The translations under genes and the position numbers were made by a program. The notes beneath the pieces were generated by a model that was not told the DNA's origin, searched no databases, and saw only the letters and a list, made by a program, of their open reading frames with translations. Shown one piece after another: positions 1-64,000 of a stretch of DNA of 64,000 bases (positions within the stretch are counted from its first letter, which is position 1; each line of letters begins with the position of its first letter). Source of the stretch: Lingula anatina (taxonomy: Eukaryota > Animalia > Brachiopoda); contig CM120641.1 of the NCBI GenBank assembly GCA_051362555.1, forward strand, positions 3,162,001-3,226,000. Reading direction: 5' to 3'.

Positions 1-52854
<52,854 letters not shown>

Positions 52855-52891
52855 CTGGAAAAGAAAAAAAGTAATCTAATCATAATTTTTT

Positions 52892-52984
52892 ATAAAATTG
52901 TTATATACTTGCAACTTTCATAAAACAGTATTCATGCATAAAATTGTTATATACTTGCAACTTTCATAAAACAGTATTCATGCA
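52892..52984. repeat. 46-bp perfect tandem duplication
   Basis: ataaaattgttatatacttgcaactttcataaaacagtattcatgc occurs twice in tandem. Confidence 0.92.
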
Positions 52985-53934
52985 AATCCCATTTATCCCA
53001 TTTTTAATTAAGAAGAACCACGATTCCTATGTTGCAGTAGAATCTTTTCTTATATTTGTCTTCTTGTTATTCAGTTTCAGAAAGAATCTGATGTTTGTGT
53101 TATAACAAAGACAGTTTGAATTTGCATATAAAACTTTTCAAAATTTTATTTAAAAATTCAGGTAACTTCAAGTTCTGTCAAGAACTTTTTCAAATGTCAT
53201 ACGGATAAGATAACTCAGATATGATAAGAGAAATACTGCAGTCAAATTTTTCTTCTTGCAACAGATACCAAAACGTATTCTGAAATTTGCAAACTGGCAC
53301 CATGTGTATTCACCACCCTTAAATATTTAGACACACTGTGCCATTTTGGTAGCTTGGGATGATCAAGGTGTTACAAAAGTATTCAAACGTTTTGTTTCAC
53401 ACCCTTCAACATATGTTCTGTTTTTGGCCTTATTTAGAGAAAGATTGGTACAAGCCTTCACCTTGGACTTGTGAAGATTAATAGATATGCCTAGATATGC
53501 AAAAGATAGACTTGAATAATATCAAGCATTTCAATTAATGTGTAAAGGCCTAGATAGAGGTACCTAGGTAAGAATTGAAAAAAAGAATTATCTGTACAGG
53601 AATATTTTCAATAGTAAACAGAGTAAACCACAGACATCATCTTATTCTAGGATTTTAATTCACTTCCACCATAAGACCTGCAGGTCCCACCAAAAGACCT
53701 GCAGACCTGATCTGTCTGGAATGAAAGATCAGATATTCCAATCCTCTCAAGGAAAATGTCAGAGTTACAGGAAAGGTTACAGAGGGCTATACCAGGCAAT
53801 GCATGGATGGAGAACTGAATCAGTTTTGGCAGACTGGACAGCATGGGCCAGTCAACCTTTTAATAGAACCATCCATCACATGTCTAACACCTGATATAAG
53901 AGGAAAACTAGATACAGATGATGGTCTGGTCAGA

Positions 53935-56599
53935 CAAGAAGTTATAATGAGAAGGAGTAGAAACGGGACATCAATTATCTCTCTCGTCCAATCAGATCGC
54001 AGCATTCTTTTCAAAGCGGCGTCCTTTGAAATTTGATCCTCGTAACTGGTCTAATCCTCCGCTCGCCTCCGCGTGACTCAAGACGGAGAAGCTGAACCAG
54101 TGCGTATACGTCTTGATTTATTCATGTTTAATGCGAATATTTGGAAGTTATACTTAGAAAAAGGCCACGTCGATCGATATAAAGGTGAGTGAGAGTTGAT
54201 AATCTGCTTTGAGCATTGTTTTATGTTCATACGGTGGCTGTCAGTCAAATTTGTCAGAGCAGAAAGCAGCGTTAGCTCGTAGATCTGAGGCCGATTCAGC
54301 GAGACCTCCATGTTTAGGACTTTTTTCTTCTTAAGTGCGTGATGTATGCACATAATTTATGTTTTTTTGGTTAGTTAAGCACGTGCATCATTACAGCACA
54401 TCACTTTGGTATTAAATGAATCAATCCTTTAGATGAAAAACATCGTTTCAAATAGACAACTTTTCATCGGATTTTTTCAAAATGGCGGGTCCCTAAATTG
54501 GTAAGGGACAGTTGGATGACAGTTTGGGACAATTTTTGGTAATTTTAACGTGATGTTTGCATATAATTTATGTTTTTCTGGTTAGTTAAGCACGTGCACC
54601 ATTACAATACATCATTGTGATATTAAATGAGTCAATCCTTTAGATGAAAAACATCGTTTCAAATAGACAACTTTTCATCCGACTTTTTCAAAATGGCGGG
54701 TCCCTAAATTGGTTAGAGACAGTTGGGTGACAGTTTGGGACAATTTTTGGTAATTTTAACGTGGTGTATGCACATAATTTATGTTTTTTTGGTTAGTTAA
54801 GCACGTGCATCATTACAATACATCACTTTGGTATTAAATGAATCAATCCTTTAGATGAAAAACATCGTTTCAAATAGACAACTTTTCATCGGACTTTTTT
54901 CAAAATGGCGGGTCCCTAAATTGGTAAGAGACAGTTGGGTGACAGTTTGGGACAATTTTTGGTAATTTTAACGTGGTGTATGCACATAATTTATGTTTTT
55001 TGGTTAGTTAAGCACGTGCATCATTACAATACATCACTTTGGTATTAAATGAATCAATCCTTTAGATGAAAAACATCGTTTCAAATAGACAACTTTTCAT
55101 CGAACTTTTTTCAAAATGGCGGGTCCCTAAATTGGTTAGAGACAGTTGGGTGACAGTTTGGGACAATTTTTGGTAATTTTAACGTGGTTTATGCATATAA
55201 TTTATGTTTTTCTGGTTAGTTAAGCACGTGCACCATTACAATATATCATTGTGATATTAAATGAATCAATCCTTTAGATGAAAAATATCGTTTCAAATAA
55301 ACAAGTTTTCATGGGACTTTTTCAAAACGGTGGATCCAATATTTGATGACAGAGAACTCTCGGAATATTTTTCAATTTTTTATTGCAATATGATGTTTGC
55401 AGAGTTTTGTTTAGGATATAGAGTTATATTTTATAATGAATTCCGCACTTACCCATTTCAGGTTGAAGAGAATGCAGGTGAAAGATCTTAAGTTTTGCTG
55501 GTAGATGTACATGTAGCCATAATTGAACAGTCAAAATGATTGTTTCCAGCAGCAACTTGATGAGGCACAAGGATCTGTTTTCTTACCACCACTAATATTA
55601 AACTATAGTGCACAAGAGGTGCAAGTTTTAAAAGGGAATTTAGTGGTCCAAGTTTTAAAAGGGAATTTAGTGTTCACTGGCTAATTGTCTGAAGTATAAA
55701 ATAAAATAATCACCACATCAAAATAAAAACTTACCATTTTTGTATTGCTTTAATCACTGTTGGGTGTAACAATATTGACATATTTTCATTGCTGGTACTT
55801 TGTTTTAGATATTATACAAGTTGCTCGAATGTTGAAATAAAGCAATATCAATCAATAAAAATATTTCTTTGATATTTTCTTCTAATGAATTTAAACTATC
55901 AGTCTACTATTAGTTGGCCTCATGTAATAGACAAAGATATAAACAAAAATATGTATTAATGAAATTTTATAAATTAGAATCATACTAAGTGCAATAACTT
56001 ATTTTCATTTCCCCAATTTTCCTGTTTAAGCTCTACCTGGTATATAAGCAATAATGTGCCAAAAAAGAAAGAAACGAGGCTGGCATACGGAAATTGCAAG
56101 TACTACTGTTTTGTGTACACGGCTGTGAATTGAATGTGTCATTCCTAGATGAAGGTAAATTTCCTATACACGACAAAAAGAAATTAAAATAAATATGAGA
56201 ATTCTACAGGTGCAAATTTTAGCGTTGAAGGTGGGTTTGTGAAATTGTTCTCATACATTCTTTATGTGAAACTAATTTTTGTATAACTGATCGGCTCTAG
56301 ATCAAATGAAGGTGTATCTCGCATGATTTGAGTTTTATTTCCCAAAATGGTTGCGTCCAGGCTTGAAATCTCTACACCTTTCTGTAATCCCACCATGTTT
56401 TCTCTGTGAGATTATTAGAGACTTCGCGAGGCTTTATCCCAATTGGCTGAAGCAACCCACGTGAACGGTCTTTTGAATATGCATTAGGCACAAACTCTCC
56501 CTAAGACCACAAGCTGGGTAATTATTAGGATTAAGCCCGTTATGAGGATAGGATGAAAGGAAACCCCTTGTTTCTACTCCTTCTCTTTATAACTTCTTG
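53935..56599. mobile_element. 2,665-bp non-autonomous DNA transposon with 30-bp TIRs and a 7-bp TSD
   Basis: TIR caagaagttataatgagaaggagtagaaac (53935-53964) matches 56570-56599 at 29/30; GGTCAGA is duplicated at 53928-53934 and 56600-56606. Confidence 0.9.
54339..55335. repeat. 211-bp tandem array (~4.7 units) inside the transposon
   Basis: The anchor ataattt recurs at 54352, 54563, 54774, 54986 and 55197. Confidence 0.95.
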
Positions 56600-58679
56600 G
56601 GTCAGACAAGGATTATATTAGGGCTTATTCCCATTGAAACTATCTATGTACATTGATCTAACTCAATGGGGAATTTTGTTGAATGCTATCAGTTTAACAT
56701 GCCTTCTTTTGTTTCTGACGTACTCATATAATCACAAGTTTTCCAATATTCTACTCAATGCCAAGAGGACTAAAAACACTAAAAAGACATCTTAACTCAT
56801 TTTTAACTTATTACAGCAACAACTAAGGCTCTTATTATTAAAATCTATTTTATTTCATTTTTTATCATTTGATATGAAATGAACTATCATAAATAAATCA
56901 ATTTCAAGAACATATCAAGATGTATACAAGAATCCTAACATTTTAGCAATAGTAATCCATACGCTCATATAAATATGGATGACTTTTGGCATTTATAAAT
57001 ATAATGGCACAAAAATGCTCTTGTACCTTAGGTCCAAGAACAAACAATTTCTCATGGGAATAATTAAGTGCTTTGAACCCTGTAAAACTCCTCAGAATAA
57101 GACCATGAGTCATGCCAGAGGGCACATCCAAAAGCTATTAAAAGTGATCCAGGTAGCTTGTCCTGTGTATTTACAGTACCAGACTGGTGTTTTCTGTTTA
57201 ACAGGAGCTCTAAAAGATGATGAATTAGTAAATGCATACTTCTTTTATGGGGTATTAGACAGATGGATAAATTGCAAACCTTATGTACCAAATTTAATGG
57301 ATGCATCCTTTTATCAAAGATTAAAGTAAAAAGACTTCTCTACTTTATTGTCTTCTAGCACAACCTCTGGTAAAAGAGCTTATAATTATATTTGCACCCT
57401 TCAGCTTCTATTTAGCCACGGTTCATTACTTTCCTTCTTCACTAAGTAAACCAGGAGATGCATTACCAGGGCTTTTTATTATACCTGACTGGTGAAATGT
57501 CTTAGGTGTGGTTAGTTTATGTATTTAAGAAAGTCTTTGATGTCTGCATGGACAGTGAAAGAGAAACTGACTGAAAAGTACATGCTGATACATGGCTGGC
57601 TTTTTTCATCCCTGTTTAATGACAGCTGAATCATCAGGATGATATATTTATGACAATTTGTGAACATACACCATAATCATACACATCATTAATACCATTT
57701 CCCCATTACCCTTCAGAGCTCCTATGATTGGACCTTGATAGGATAAGCTTGTTCTATTATGCATAATGTAGTTTCATATCTACTGACAGAAATTATTGTG
57801 CAAATGTAATTTTCAGTCTCCGACTAAACAGCCTGTCTATACTTTGCATTGCCTGTCTCTTCAATAGCATCCAAGTAGCTGGCTAAAGGTTCATGCCAGC
57901 AAATGAAAAGTTCCCAATAAGCAAAAAAAAAAAATTAATTTGGTATACAAACATATATAAATAAATTACCATGGTACTATTTCACCAAATTTTCAGGGCA
58001 CGAGGAAAAATTAAGATTTTGTAAAAAAATAAATAAATAAAATACTGATAACAGTATGACTTCAGAGTATGAATCTGCAATGACTTCTTCCCTGGAGATG
58101 AGAGAACATGTTGTTTTCTCAGGGCGGATCATAGTCATGCTTATCATGTAGGTCCAGGTATCTATGAGGCATGGAAATGTTTTTGCAACTGTTTGTGAAC
58201 TATGACTATGGAATGTGAGATACCTGTGTTGTGGAGAAATGTGCAATATGTTATATATCCTCTGCTTTGTCTCACCTGAGTTCAGGTAAAGCAGACATTT
58301 GCCAGGATCTTACATCTGTATCATAAATTGCCAGATATCAACGTAGCCTATTTAAATCCCAAGAAGCTAACCTTTTCTGCACTAATTGCTAATCCTAGTC
58401 ACAAACTACATAAACTTTGGTATCAAACATGTAGACAAATCAATTAATGTTATTAGTTTAATGTCGCCAGACTCATGATCTATAGATCTCCCTGCTGTTT
58501 AGACCATAGGTGCCATATGGCTGTTATAAGTAGCCAAATACGGCACCTCCTTGCTGATTAAATAACCTCTGTGTCAAAACACTTATAATTAATTTAACTT
58601 GTGATTATCTGGTACAGAAACAACAAGATCCCATTAAGAATATTGCCTAGGCACTTCATAAGAGTTTATAGGGTAACAT

Positions 58680-58847
58680 CAGGGGCGGATCCAGAGATAT
58701 TTTCTGAGAGTCTTCCCAATTATCTCTGTTGATCCATCCTCCATTTCTGACCGTCTTCCGACAGAAAAAATTAGATATCCATCAATGTAAACTTGAAAAT
58801 CTGACCGTCTTCCAGAAGACCCAGAAGACGGCCTAAATCCGCCCCTG
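58680..58847. mobile_element. 168-bp hAT-like MITE with a 5-bp TSD
   Basis: CAGGGGCGGAT...ATCCGCCCCTG TIRs; AACAT on both sides; internal tctgaccgtcttcc occurs twice. Confidence 0.85.
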
Positions 58848-61800
58848 AACATCATTTGAGAAATCATAAAATTACAGCGAGTGTACACTCATAGTTGATA
58901 TGAAGCACACCAAGAACAAACCAAGTGATAAACCATGTTTAACCAGAAAAGGATCAAAAGTAAAAAAAAAAAAAAAAAACAAACATGTATAACTCAATTT
59001 ACTTCATAAAACAAAAATCAGGAACCTTAGGACAAAACTTTCCACAATCAAATCCGACCAAAACTTAGTTTGCTTTTGGCTCAATTAATTGTGTAAATGT
59101 GTAAACGAGGCAGCCCCTCTATCTGATAGAAATATCTATTATCCTGTCTCCCACCACAGCTTGTGCTAATGGCCAATAATTCACCCAGAGAGTGGGCAAT
59201 CCATATAGGAACATGTAACAGAAGGAGTATGATTAGCATGGCTGAGGCTCTGGGCCTGGTGTATTACCCAGCATTATGTAGAGGGATTTTCTTTTAATTA
59301 AATATAAATATTCAACTCATCCATTAGAGTAATAAATAACTTCACAGAACAATAGAGGATTTATTGAAGATGTTGTATTGAAGATGTTGGTGAGAGGTTA
59401 GGGGATAATCTTCATATATGTAAAGGATAATTAATATGATTTACTTTGAAATGTAAGAAATTAGAAAAGTTGTAGGCATTAGTTAATGCTCTTTGATTTT
59501 GCCAATAGCAAATCTGTTCTCTTTGCTTTGAAGCACTTTTAATTTTTTCCTTGTACACTTACATAGGTTTGTAAGCATTGATCTTTTATTTCATTTGCTT
59601 TCATTTTTCTTTTGATCACAAGCTCATGGTGAAATTGACTATGAATCCCCTGCAGGATCTTGCCGCCTCCTAGTTCACAGAGAAAACACATTTCTGAATG
59701 TATCAGATATCCCCATTACATCATGCTATCCATGGTTCACCTGGCAACTAACTTGAACAAACTAATACAAATTCCTGTTTCTGTACTCACGTCCTAACTC
59801 TATCTGGCAACACAATCATGTCCTTAAATCAGAGGTTAGGTTGCCTAGCAACACAGAATCAACACAAATACAAGATTGGGAATACAAATATCCATGTATT
59901 TATCACAGAATTATCCAACATTATAAGATTATTCAATAGGAACACTTATTTTTCATATGTATGTTCTTTCTTAAGAGATGAAAGGTTGAAAATGATTCTA
60001 ACAAGGAACCACCTGCCAAGCTAGATTGACTTCCAATAATCAAAATTAGAATTTTGATCCTATGTTTACTGAGGATGACCTGCCTGAGACATTAATTGTG
60101 CCTTGCCACAGTGTCATTGGGTTCATATCGCAATCAATTTCATTCCCCATTGTTCAATATAATGCAACAAAAAAGTGCTTAAAGCGAATTCAAATCACAG
60201 TTCTCATTACATGCTGCCGTTCTGTTATTCTTCTCTGACCACTGTCAACATGTCAAAGCTTTGGCTCTGACAAGATATTAAATGTTTCTTCGTGTCACCA
60301 AAGTTTACAGAATGCTTTAACTTTTTTGGTCCCCAGGAGCGTAAAGCCAATCTGGGGATTAACCAGTTGAAGATCCTTCAAACCAAATGTAATCAATAAG
60401 TAGTAAAATGTTAACCTCTGTTCAAGATTTCCCAACTCAGAGGGTGCATGTTAAGTGTTTGAAAGATAACTGGAAAACATCTGCTTATGGAGGCAAGTTT
60501 TTAATAAAAGTCAATTCAGTGTATATGTTTTGTTCTTGTAACACAAAGCCCTGTTTCACTTTCTTTTTCATTTTGTTAACACCCATCTTACTATAATCAG
60601 AAACTATCCTAGGGCAAAAGGTGTCAAAAATAATGATTTTGCGGAGCTGCGTCCACAGTTTTCCATTAAAAGTGGCTGAAGTCCATTGTGCTTAACAAGG
60701 TGGAGTCCAAGATCCTCAACAGGTGGTCAATAACAATCAACATTTCACATTGATTGTAACTTTGAAGTAAACACACTTCATGTTGTTTCAATAGCAAATG
60801 AAGTCAGTAATCTTGTGAATTTAACCTTTAACTCTTTGATCTGTATGCATTTTTAAACATGTGCTGTAATCCAATTATCGAGTTTTTGTTCTGAGTTAGC
60901 CAAGGTACCTGCTCACAGCACCTGCCGGTTATCTGATACCTACACAGCGCCACAGGTTACTTTTATGAAATTTAATATTTTGATTGAATTTGTTACAAAT
61001 GATTTAATTCTTTTGTGTTGCTAAACATGATATTTTTCAAACTGCAAAGCAAATATGAATATATTTTATTGAATCATTGTGGCAGTAATAACTTGTATTT
61101 TGGATAAATATTTTGATTATTTTATTTTCCCCAGGGTTTTAGGTAATAAAATTCAATAACCTTTGGCATGTAACATAAAAGCGGTAAGAATCTCTGAGGT
61201 CTTATTTTAAAACAACTAAAACTCTGCTTTACTGTTCACTCTTAATAGTTGTCTAAAGCAATGAAAAAGCAAACCAAAAGAGAATAGAAGATCATTTGAT
61301 ACTGCTCCTGACTGAGAATGATACTTCATGCTATTCTTATACTGGTGAACAGGTATCAAATAATGTTATCTTTGTCTATCTTTGCTACCTGTAATTATAC
61401 CAACAACTGTTTGCTTAATTAATTACCCTGCAACCTGTTGGTGAATGTTGATTTTGCTACTGTTTTACATACCCTTTTCTCTTCATGAATATTCTAAGTC
61501 ACACATACTTCCCCTATTTTTAGCCTGAACTTCATGAAGAAGGTGCTTGATTTGATAACTCTTCTCTAATAACTTCATCAATTGTTAACTGTCAAATCTA
61601 TTTATTTTGAAATCAAATAACAAATCTTCCAGTCACCTATTTCTCATAAATGGTATATGCCTGCCTTACAGCTGTGGTTATTCCATGGTGTCATAAAGGC
61701 TTTTTTAAAATTCAAATGCACTGGTTTTGTTTTTGAGCATATCAAAATGTTACCTCTTTCTACATAAACCCTTCAGGTTCCTAAGTTAAAGGTGTTATGA

Positions 61801-64000
61801 TTTATGGTTTTGCATATTTTCATTCTCTGAACAGTAAAACCAAAGGTACCTTGAACAGCTAAACCAAAGGTCCAAAGATTTCATACCCTGTCTAAATTGG
61901 ATTAATGTTCATGAACACACACGAAGAAAGTTCAGAATTCCATGGATTTCAGTTATTTACTTTTGTGTTGCTCTTAGGAATAAATTCATAATTTTTTTGT
62001 CCATTTCCAAATGTTTTCTTACCTCCTCATAATATTACAACAGTTATACATCATTTTGATCAAGTTTTCCCATGGCAATGTCATGTATGCAACAATTAAG
62101 AAAATCTGCATATTGATATGCATATATTAAATAAGAAGATAAAAAATTCAAGTATGATTAATTTGCCAGCAAAGTTATAACAAAAAAAAGTTATAAAAGG
62201 GCATCAGATTGGCAAATATTTAGTAAACTTCTTGTTTTTAATCATCTTGTATGCACACTGTTTAAATCCCATAGCATCTCTACAGTCTTTTATGCATGCA
62301 CAGAGGAATGATGCCAACATTTGATTTTAACTATATTCAACATAAATATTTTCCAGCAATATGCAATAGTAACATGCACTTAGTTTTTAGTCTAAGTTGT
62401 GCATGAATGATAATAAATAATATCTCGTGCTTTGCAAAAGTTACACTGAAGTTCTTTGACCTTGGTTCTTCTTCACCATCAGAAATATGCATGAGTTGAG
62501 AAAAAATGAAATCGGTGCCACGCACTTGCTTTGCCTCTTTGGACACATAGCAAGCATCCAGTGTCAAAAGCTACTCTAATCATAGTTTTCATTGGTTCTT
62601 GATATTCTTGCATAATAATGCCACAGGTGAAAAACAAACAACAACACTACCAAACACTGGACTGGCCGCACAAAGCTCAGCATGCTTCTCTTATCCCACA
62701 GAACCTTGCATCAACCTCTTTTGTTTTCTTTCCAAATACAAATTGAAATATGGAAAAGCCACCTCAAAGTCCGTTTTAAGTTACAACACATACATATCAG
62801 ATATTCTACCTGATCTGCAATATATGGCCCTGCAGCTAATACTGGTGCACCCAGTGAAAGTTTAAGGTTTTAGTCAAGTAAAAATCTTTTACAATGTCAA
62901 ACCAGTCAGCACTCACTTCTGGGTTCTTCTTTCATTTGCAAAAATATACTGGCAATTCTCAATATAATGAAAAAAAAAATTGCTGCAATCATAAAGCATT
63001 GAAATTATGTAATATCTTCAACAGAGCATTTGACATGGATTTGTAATATATAAATATAAGCACCATGAAAAACAACAGTGGGGAATCTGTGAACATATAT
63101 CTATTGTTTGAACATGTACCAAGGAAAGTTCTTTTACAATGACTAAGAGAAACCAGCAAAATGTAAACAGCATTGTACTCAAAACCTGCAAGAACATACT
63201 AGAGTGGATTAACAGCAATAAAATGGTATTGTTAATAATTGCAGCAGCTTAACTTTCATATATATTCCATTAACAAAGCTGATTTCTTGAAAACTGAGGG
63301 GGTTTTGGACACTTGTGATAAATAAAAAAATACCTACTCAAGCATGAGGCAAATGAAAGCGATATAGAATGGCTAAAATTTACTTTATTTCACCACTATT
63401 TCTGCATTATATTAAACATACAAAGCTGACCATGGGCCGTTGATCTGCTCACACTACACACTCACTGGCGTGGAGCATATTACGTTTATACCAGTCGTTG
63501 CCCAACAATGCTTCTTTGTCACACTTCGTTGGTTATTTTCAAAGCACGAAAGAAAACATGGTCAGAGCGGCTGAGGTAACGGTCAAGTGTAAGATTCAAC
63601 AATAAAATGCTGTCATGAAATATTGAAAAAATCAATAGAAAATCCTAATAAATCTATCAGATCCAATTAGGTCTTGCAAATCGATTTATTGGATATTTCT
63701 TTACATGTATCAATGACCAGCTTATGATATTTTCATTGAAAAAAAAGAGAGAATCAACCTCATTCTGAAATAACTTAGTAAAAAAATGATATTTGCACCA
63801 GACAAAAGTACTTTAATCTACAAGTTTATTTTCACTAGAGGCATGTTTCCATCCAGTTCATGATCCCCCAGCCCTACTCTCAATGTATCTTGGACCCCCC
63901 TCAAACTGACTTCCCTCTAGAGCCAAATCCCAGGTGAGAGAGGGGTTTGTGAATAAATTGGTATGACCACTAAGCAAAACACAGACGTAAAGAAAACAAC

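Noticed and set aside
54339-55335. Regularly spaced repeats that superficially resemble a CRISPR array
   Set aside because: The whole 211-bp unit repeats with no unique spacers, the context is a eukaryotic intron, and there are no cas genes.
55445-55745. Two minus-strand gtaagt donor-like sites inside the 2.67-kb transposon
   Set aside because: No convincing acceptor and ORF pair, and no transposase similarity, could be built around them.
56979-57329. 116-aa plus-strand ORF
   Set aside because: No recognisable motif or splice context; probably a chance ORF in an intron.
52855-64000. Expected first motor exons (VAVRVRP; FxFDY.YWS)
   Set aside because: I did not find them by eye. They are probably upstream of the window, although a small exon could have been missed.

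Overview
AT-rich animal genomic DNA (probably an invertebrate, possibly a mollusc; this is inference). One multi-exon minus-strand gene occupies the window. It encodes a kinesin-3 motor of the STARD9/KIF16A type: motor domain, neck coil, FHA domain and coiled coils, then a very long low-complexity tail. I traced 28 GT-AG exons with consistent phase from 52854 down to 1, giving about 23.6 kb of coding sequence (about 7,860 codons). The last exon is a >=12.67-kb open frame that the ORF track misses because it runs off the window edge. The first ~80 aa and the C-terminus (where a START domain is expected) lie outside the window. Three further frame-compatible candidate exons sit in introns: an SxIP-bearing cassette, a 24-nt microexon and a possible motorless alternative first exon. 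The tail carries FFAT-like, LC8-type QT, YxN and SxDSL motif clusters. Introns hold several non-autonomous DNA transposons with visible terminal inverted repeats (TIRs) and target-site duplications (TSDs), including a 2.67-kb element carrying a 211-bp tandem array. No rRNA, tRNA or CRISPR features were seen.
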